A stretch of DNA of 64,000 nucleotides from the IMG/VR virus record IMGVR_UViG_3300025816_000008, positions 1 through 64,000 of that record. One strand, written 5' to 3'. A model generated the notes under the pieces. It ran no database searches and was not told the DNA's origin. It saw only the letters and a program-made list of their open reading frames with translations. A program made the position numbers and the translations under genes. Origin of the DNA: a virus. Shown here in pieces: positions 58,572-64,000 of the stretch. Position 1 is the stretch's first letter. Each line of letters opens with the position of its first letter.

Positions 58572-59912
58572 ATGTCTAACGCATACAAATCGCTTACTGA
58601 AAAGTGGGCACCGGTTCTGAACGAAGAATCAGCCGGTACAATTCATGATCAATATAGAAAGTCGGTAACGGCTGTTGTTCTTGAAAACCAAGAAAAAGCT
58701 CTTCAAGAAGCCCGTGCTGCTCAGGCAGGTTACTTGACAGAAGATGCACCTGGTGGTGCAAATACTGGTTCGATCGATAAATGGGATCCAATCCTTATTT
58801 CGCTCGTACGTCGTGCAATGCCTAACATGATGGCATATGACGTCTGTGGTGTTCAGCCAATGACTGGTCCAACTGGCCTGATCTTTGCGATGAAATCACG
58901 TTTCAATGGTGGTAAAACAACTAACGACGAAGCACTGTTTAACGAAGCAAATAGCGCGTTCTCTGGTGATTCTGCTGCAGCAAATGCTCAAACCGGTGAT
59001 ACTTCTGGTTTAGGTTCAGTAGGCGCAGGCGGAGCTGTTGACTCAGCTGGTACTGCAGCTCAACATGGTATCGGTATGGATACAGCAAACGGTGAAGGTC
59101 TTGGTACTACTGGTACTGGTCCAAACTCCGCATTCGCTGAAATGGGTTTCACTATTGAGAAATCAACCGTGTCAGCCAAAACACGTGCATTGAAAGCAGA
59201 ATATTCGCTTGAACTCGCACAGGATCTGAAAGCAATCCACGGTCTGGACGCTGAAAGCGAACTAGCTAACATTCTTTCGACTGAAATCCTTGCTGAAATC
59301 AACCGGGAAGTAATTCGTACCATTAACGCTCAAGCGAAAACTGGTGCTTCTACATCTCAAACAGCTCTTAATGGTATTTTTGATCTGAAAAATGATGCTG
59401 ATGGTCGTTGGAGTGTTGAGAAGTTTAAAGGTCTCATGGTTCAAGTCGAGCGTGAAGCAAACCAAATTGCAAAAGATACTCGTAGAGGTCGTGGTAACTT
59501 CATCATTACTTCTTCTGATGTTGCTTCCTGCTTGTCTGCTACTGGAATGTTGGACTATGCTCCAGCTCTGAAAGATAGCCTGACAGTTGATGATACTGGT
59601 AATACTTTTGCTGGTGTTCTTAATGGTCGTACCAAAGTATACATCGATCCGTATGCAACTGTAGACTATATTAACGTTGGATACAAAGGTACCAATGCTT
59701 ATGATGCAGGTCTCTTCTATTGCCCATACGTACCGCTGACCATGGTCCGTGCCGTAGGTGAGAATGACTTCCAGCCACGTATCGGGTTCAAAACTCGTTA
59801 TGGTATGGTGTCAAACCCATTTGTTGGAAACAATCCAGCAAACGGTCTTGCTACTTCAAGAACTAACCAGTACTACAGAATCTTCCGCGTAGACAATATC
59901 CTCGACACATAA
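58572..59912 (+). CDS. gp23: Major capsid protein gp23
   Basis: EKWAPVL, LVRRAMP, GVQPMTGPTGLIFAM, KAEYSLELAQDLKAIHGLDAE.EL, FQPRIGFKTRYG. Confidence 0.98.
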   Translation: MSNAYKSLTEKWAPVLNEESAGTIHDQYRKSVTAVVLENQEKALQEARAAQAGYLTEDAPGGANTGSIDKWDPILISLVRRAMPNMMAYDVCGVQPMTGPTGLIFAMKSRFNGGKTTNDEALFNEANSAFSGDSAAANAQTGDTSGLGSVGAGGAVDSAGTAAQHGIGMDTANGEGLGTTGTGPNSAFAEMGFTIEKSTVSAKTRALKAEYSLELAQDLKAIHGLDAESELANILSTEILAEINREVIRTINAQAKTGASTSQTALNGIFDLKNDADGRWSVEKFKGLMVQVEREANQIAKDTRRGRGNFIITSSDVASCLSATGMLDYAPALKDSLTVDDTGNTFAGVLNGRTKVYIDPYATVDYINVGYKGTNAYDAGLFYCPYVPLTMVRAVGENDFQPRIGFKTRYGMVSNPFVGNNPANGLATSRTNQYYRIFRVDNILDT

Positions 59913-59953
59913 GAAAAAAGAGAGGAACCAACCTCTCTCTAAGAATAACTAAC

Positions 59954-59985
59954 AAGGGCGCTTTCGGGCGCCCTTTATTTTTTTT
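59954..59985 (+). terminator. Rho-independent terminator after gp23
   Basis: AAGGGCGCT-TTCG-GGCGCCCTT stem with UUCG loop, then a T tract. Confidence 0.9.
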
Positions 59986-60006
59986 ATTATAAACCGCATT
60001 TAACTG

Positions 60007-60035
60007 TGTACATTGCTTTAGAACTGTGTTATAAA
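60007..60035 (+). promoter_or_regulatory. Sigma70-type (early-like) promoter
   Basis: TGTACA-N17-TATAAA with extended -10 TG; same -35 as the promoters near gp55. Confidence 0.65.
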
Positions 60036-60058
60036 GAATATAACAAAAGGAGAATATC

Positions 60059-60406
60059 ATGACTAAGTTCAACAAAAAAGACTTTACATACCATGGCGGC
60101 TATTTGCACTACACTGGCGACTATGAGGGTCGTCCCGTTTGGCCATCAGTTACAAAAAATGGTGTAAATGTTTATCCTAGTCTTGTTGGTAAAGGAAAAG
60201 ACCTTTTTATAGCTCGTTTCAAGTATGGTGGTCCTTTCACTAAAGCAAAGTTTATGAAAGAATTGATGAAATCTTTCACAGTTGAAGAATATGTTACAGA
60301 GCAGAATAAAGAGGGTCTTAATAGTTCTCCCTTGCAGATACTAAAAAATAAAAATGAAGATTGGTACAACACAATAATTCAAACCTGGAAAATGAAAAGG
60401 ATATAA
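60059..60406 (+). CDS. Hypothetical protein (early-like cassette)
   Basis: AAGGAG RBS, own promoter. Confidence 0.65.
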   Translation: MTKFNKKDFTYHGGYLHYTGDYEGRPVWPSVTKNGVNVYPSLVGKGKDLFIARFKYGGPFTKAKFMKELMKSFTVEEYVTEQNKEGLNSSPLQILKNKNEDWYNTIIQTWKMKRI

Positions 60407-60408
60407 TT

Positions 60409-60627
60409 ATGTGGGAACTCAGAGGACAATTCAGCGTTAGGCAATTCGATGAAACTACAGGAAAACCTAGAACTGAAGGTCCTCTTGAGTGGTCTGCAAT
60501 AACAGTTAACACTCAAGAAGAAGCGGAAGAGTGGTGGAAATGTAGAACTAGTACTGATTGCAAAGTAAATAGAGTTAGTACTATGTTTGATCCAAATGGT
60601 AATGTTGTTAAAGTAGCATTTAACTAA
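60409..60627 (+). CDS. Small hypothetical protein
   Basis: ATG at 60409, 2 nt after the upstream stop, AAGGA RBS. Confidence 0.55.
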   Translation: MWELRGQFSVRQFDETTGKPRTEGPLEWSAITVNTQEEAEEWWKCRTSTDCKVNRVSTMFDPNGNVVKVAFN

Positions 60628-60653
60628 TAAGATTAATATTTTACTAATATAAT

Positions 60654-60682
60654 AAAGGGTCCTTTTTAGGATCCTTTTTTTT
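60654..60682 (+). terminator. Rho-independent terminator
   Basis: AAAGGGTCCT-TTTT-AGGATCCTTT stem plus T tract. Confidence 0.8.
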
Positions 60683-60683
60683 A

Positions 60684-60691
60684 TATAAATA
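60684..60691 (+). promoter_or_regulatory. T4-type late promoter
   Basis: TATAAATA upstream of gp3. Confidence 0.75.
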
Positions 60692-60711
60692 CTAGTAACA
60701 GGGAGTTTAAC

Positions 60712-61215
60712 ATGGCAAAATTAACATCTAATATAAATTATCTCCAGAGTACACAGTTTAAAGTTATAATTGATAGAAAGCAGTTTGCAAATCTAGAATT
60801 TTTTGCTCAAAGCTTTTCACATCCTGGAGTTACTCTAACTTCTGCACCAATGGCTTATAAACGAATTGCATCTGTCGGATTACCAGGTGATACGTTGACT
60901 ATAGATGAGTTACAATTGCAAATTATTGTAGATGAAAATATGCAATCGTATATTGAAATGTATAACTGGGCGGAACTACTTACTCAGGAGAGAACTAATC
61001 TTGGTCCTGATGTAGTGCCTATACCAAAAGTAAGTCACGAGGCTGATATAAGTATTTTACTTATGACAAACTCAAATAAACTTGTCAAAACAATCAGATA
61101 TATAGATTGTGTACCGACAGGACTTGGTAATTTAAATTTTGCTTCATCTACAAATGAACCGCAAATGGTTACGTTTAATGCTTCGTTTAGATCGGAGTAT
61201 TTTATTATAACTTAA
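60712..61215 (+). CDS. gp3: Tail tube terminator/completion protein gp3
   Basis: NINYLQSTQFK, LEFFAQS..HPG, PGD.L...EL....IVDENM..Y.E.YNW; synteny gp23-gp3-uvsY. Confidence 0.8.
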   Translation: MAKLTSNINYLQSTQFKVIIDRKQFANLEFFAQSFSHPGVTLTSAPMAYKRIASVGLPGDTLTIDELQLQIIVDENMQSYIEMYNWAELLTQERTNLGPDVVPIPKVSHEADISILLMTNSNKLVKTIRYIDCVPTGLGNLNFASSTNEPQMVTFNASFRSEYFIIT

Positions 61216-61249
61216 CGTATATATATTTTTTATATTATGGAGAAATGAT

Positions 61250-61696
61250 TTGTTAACACTTGAAAATATACTTGAACAATGGAAAAATGACAGTGAAATT
61301 GACGAGCATAATTTAGATAGGAGCTCAATCGATATTGTCAAGCTTCATGCAAAATATCTAGAAATGCTTTCTATCACAAAACTTAAGTTGAAAAAAACTG
61401 AGTTAAATCAAAAAATCTTACTGAAAGACAAGTGGCTTTACTACAATGGGAAGCTAACTGAAGACGAGCTAATTGAAAAAGGGTGGGAATACGATCCTTT
61501 TCGCGGTATGAAAATCATGAAAGGTGATATGAATAAGTACTATGATTCTGATATAGATATACAACAGAGTGAAGAAAAGGTAACATACTATAAAACTATA
61601 GTTGAGACTTTATCTGAAATAGTTGATACACTTCGATGGAGACATCAAACAATTAGTAATATTATAAAATGGAAGCAGTTTCAAGCCGGTGGATAG
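61250..61696 (+). CDS. uvsY: Recombination mediator UvsY
   Basis: W..DS.ID...LD......KLHAKYL, KWLYYNGK, RHQTISNII.W..F.AG; TTG start after GGAG. Confidence 0.85.
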   Translation: MLTLENILEQWKNDSEIDEHNLDRSSIDIVKLHAKYLEMLSITKLKLKKTELNQKILLKDKWLYYNGKLTEDELIEKGWEYDPFRGMKIMKGDMNKYYDSDIDIQQSEEKVTYYKTIVETLSEIVDTLRWRHQTISNIIKWKQFQAGG

Positions 61697-63194
61697 AATA
61701 ATAATACAGAAGAAAAACGAAGCATTTCTATTACTAGGATGTGATAGTGGCATAGCAATGGAATTAAGTGATTTCTTTTCATTCTTTGTTCCAGGCTATA
61801 AGTATATGCCGCTCTATCGTAATAAAGTATGGGATGGCAAAGTTAGATTGTTTAATCCAGCAAACTACGAGCTACCGGTAGGTTTGTTATCGTATGTAAA
61901 AGAGTTTGCAGAAAAAAGAAATTATGATGTAGAATATGAAGACGGGCCGTACGGAGCTCCAGAATCGTTTAACAAAGTTGATGCGCGAGATATTATGGAT
62001 TTTATAAAATCACTTAATATCCATAGTAAAGGCACGCCAATTGAAGTAAGAGATTATCAGTTTAATGCTATATGTGAAGGTATTCGAAAGAAAAGAACTA
62101 TCATGTTATCTCCCACGGGCTCGGGAAAGTCTTTAATAATTTATATTTTAATGCGATGGTATATGGCTAATCATGATGATAAAGTCCTTGTAATTGTACC
62201 TACTACTTCTTTAGTCCAACAGATGATGTCTGACTTTGGTGATTATTCATCTAATGATGATGAATTTTCAAGTGAACATGATTGTCATGCGATATTCTCA
62301 GGACAAGCTAAAATGAATATATCTGAGAATGTTTTTATTAGTACTTGGCAATCAATATATAAGTTACCTCCGACATGGTTTGGTCAATTTGGAATTATAT
62401 TTGGTGATGAGGTTCATGGATTTAAATCAAAGTCGTTATCAAATATCATGAATAAGTCAAAAAATACTGCATATCGATTTGGAACTACCGGTACATTGGA
62501 TGGAACTCAGACACACAAATTAGTATTAGAAGGCTTATTTGGCAAAGTGATGAAAGTCACTACTACTAAAGAATTACAGGAAAAGGATACGTTAGCTGCT
62601 CTTGATATTTTTATTTTAAGATTGGAGCATGGTGATGATGTAAGACAATTAATAAGTGGAAGCACATACCAACAAGAAATAAATTTTATAATAGGAAATG
62701 AAAAAAGAAATCAGTTTATAAGAAATCTGGCTGTTGATCAAAAGGGCAATTCCCTTGTATTATTCCAATATGTTGAAAAACATGGTAAGATATTATATGA
62801 TTTAATTAAGTCTAAGGCAGATATAAATAGAAAAGTATTCTTTGTTAGTGGTGCAACAGAAGCTACTGATAGAGAAGCTATTAGAAAAATAACAGAGAAT
62901 CAAAAAGATGCTATTATCGTGGCAAGTCTGGGAACTTTTAGTACAGGGATTAATATACGGAATTTACACAACATCATTTTTGCGAGTCCGTCAAAATCAC
63001 AAATCAAAGTTTTACAAAGTATAGGAAGAGGTTTAAGAAAAAGTGATAATGGTGTAACAACCAAACTATATGATATATCTGATGATATTCAGCATAAGTC
63101 AAAGAAAAATTATACTTTGCTTCACTCTGAAGAAAGAATCAAAATTTATAGACGAGAGAGATTTAATTTTAAGATTTATAAAATAAAGGTTTAA
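61689..63194 (+). CDS. uvsW: DNA helicase UvsW
   Basis: RDYQ, SPTGSGKS, VPTTSLV, DEVH, GTTGT, QSIGRGLR. Confidence 0.95.
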   Translation: MDRIIIQKKNEAFLLLGCDSGIAMELSDFFSFFVPGYKYMPLYRNKVWDGKVRLFNPANYELPVGLLSYVKEFAEKRNYDVEYEDGPYGAPESFNKVDARDIMDFIKSLNIHSKGTPIEVRDYQFNAICEGIRKKRTIMLSPTGSGKSLIIYILMRWYMANHDDKVLVIVPTTSLVQQMMSDFGDYSSNDDEFSSEHDCHAIFSGQAKMNISENVFISTWQSIYKLPPTWFGQFGIIFGDEVHGFKSKSLSNIMNKSKNTAYRFGTTGTLDGTQTHKLVLEGLFGKVMKVTTTKELQEKDTLAALDIFILRLEHGDDVRQLISGSTYQQEINFIIGNEKRNQFIRNLAVDQKGNSLVLFQYVEKHGKILYDLIKSKADINRKVFFVSGATEATDREAIRKITENQKDAIIVASLGTFSTGINIRNLHNIIFASPSKSQIKVLQSIGRGLRKSDNGVTTKLYDISDDIQHKSKKNYTLLHSEERIKIYRRERFNFKIYKIKV

Positions 63195-63198
63195 GTCA

Positions 63199-63618
63199 AT
63201 GGTCGAAGATAATATAAAACAGATTAAAATGGTAAATGGTGATGAATTATTATGCGAGGTTTTAGAAGAGCTTGATGAAGACCTGATTATAAGATATTGC
63301 CTTATTATCGATAGATTAAATCCGTCGACTATAGATGATATTAAAGAAGAAATGCACTCCTATTATACGCTAAGACCATGGATGACGTATATTGAACATC
63401 ATGATGAAGTAGTAACTTTATCAAAATATCATTGTATGGCCTTCACTATGCCTCACTCTGATCTATTAAACCAGTATGGTTTAGCATTAAAAAAACTAAT
63501 CGAACTTTCAGAAGAAGAAATTTTAGACAAAAAAATAAGTAATATTTTGGAAGCAACAGAAGAAAAAGAAGAAAACGTGGTATCAATTTTCGAGAAGTCA
63601 AAGAATAAACTTCATTAG
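63199..63618 (+). CDS. Hypothetical protein between uvsW and gp55
   Basis: IKQIKMVNGDELLCEV...LRPW; C-term NVVSIF...LH. Confidence 0.6.
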   Translation: MVEDNIKQIKMVNGDELLCEVLEELDEDLIIRYCLIIDRLNPSTIDDIKEEMHSYYTLRPWMTYIEHHDEVVTLSKYHCMAFTMPHSDLLNQYGLALKKLIELSEEEILDKKISNILEATEEKEENVVSIFEKSKNKLH

Positions 63619-63650
63619 GTACTATCCCCCCTGTTAAGAGGTACTCTCTT

Positions 63651-63679
63651 ATTATACCACGGTTTGAGGTGGTTGTACA
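63651..63679 (-). promoter_or_regulatory. Sigma70-type promoter on minus strand with no listed downstream ORF
   Basis: TGTACA-N17-TATAAT with extended -10 TG. Confidence 0.65.
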
Positions 63680-63713
63680 CAGCTAATTTAGCTGCGTATC
63701 AATTATTATTTTG

Positions 63714-63742
63714 TGTACATCTCCTTGAAAATATGATATAAT
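63714..63742 (+). promoter_or_regulatory. Sigma70-type promoter for gp55
   Basis: TGTACA-N17-TATAAT with extended -10 TG. Confidence 0.75.
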
Positions 63743-63770
63743 TGTTAATATAAAGTGGAGACAATACTAT

Positions 63771-64000
63771 ATGGCTAAGAAATCTAAAAATGTACATTAT
63801 GTAAATAATGCAGAATTTTCACAATCAGTTGTCAAATATGTAGAAACAGTAGCAAAAGCAAAGGCTGAAAAAAGTGAACTTCCAATAGTTCCTGATGATA
63901 TTGCTATATCTTTTTTAAAAATTGCTGAAAATCTTTCACATAAATCTAATTTTATTCGATACACTTATCGTGAAGAGATGGTTATGGACGCAGTTGAAAA
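63771..64000 (+). CDS. gp55: Late-transcription sigma factor gp55 (N-terminal part, runs off the window)
   Basis: Manual translation MAKKSKNVHYVNNAEFSQ...FLKIAENLSHKSNFIRYTYREEMVMDAVE; GGAG RBS; not in the ORF track. Confidence 0.92.
   Translation, partial: MAKKSKNVHYVNNAEFSQSVVKYVETVAKAKAEKSELPIVPDDIAISFLKIAENLSHKSNFIRYTYREEMVMDAVE

Noticed and set aside
50204-63194. Introns, inteins or homing endonucleases in gp17, gp20, gp23, uvsW
   Set aside because: ORFs are continuous and of ordinary length; no LAGLIDADG, HNH or GIY-YIG motifs seen
1-64000. Stop-codon reassignment, tRNA genes, diversity-generating retroelement
   Set aside because: Standard code gives dense, full-length genes ending in TAA, TAG and TGA; no cloverleaf noticed in the short intergenic gaps; no reverse transcriptase or TR/VR pair seen
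46648-64000. Assignment to a specific host (e.g. cyanophage or pelagiphage)
   Set aside because: No host-diagnostic genes in the window; requires gp23/gp20 phylogeny

Overview
A 64-kb, AT-rich segment of a large T4-like myophage genome. Gene order (gp13-gp23, gp3, uvsY, uvsW, gp55, and no gp24 after gp23) resembles marine or environmental T4-like phages; the host cannot be determined from this window. Layout: (i) end of a tail-fibre gene and associated virion genes (1-3.7 kb); (ii) a ~18-kb, very AT-rich enzyme island, mostly on the minus strand and headed by a sigma70-type promoter, with 3-4 glycosyltransferases, a methyltransferase, 2 sulfotransferases, 4 radical SAM enzymes, 2 stand-alone SPASM-like proteins, a nitroreductase, a peroxiredoxin, 3 membrane desaturases, ~7 HxD...H Fe(II)/2OG-type dioxygenases and a GNAT-like protein; (iii) a late-promoter (TATAAATA) block of fibre/adhesin genes including a 4427-aa protein; (iv) the core neck, terminase, tail and head module, then uvsY, uvsW and the start of gp55. 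The most striking unexplained signal is a strong enrichment of Asp-Ser (DSA/DSD/DSG/DSS) motifs in virion proteins: about 110 by manual count in the giant fibre, including two tandem arrays, plus copies in variable-looking loops of capsid, sheath and neck proteins. This lies next to the enzyme island and suggests a phage-encoded virion-decoration (post-translational modification) system; that link is inference. All annotations come from motif recognition by eye; no database searches were run.
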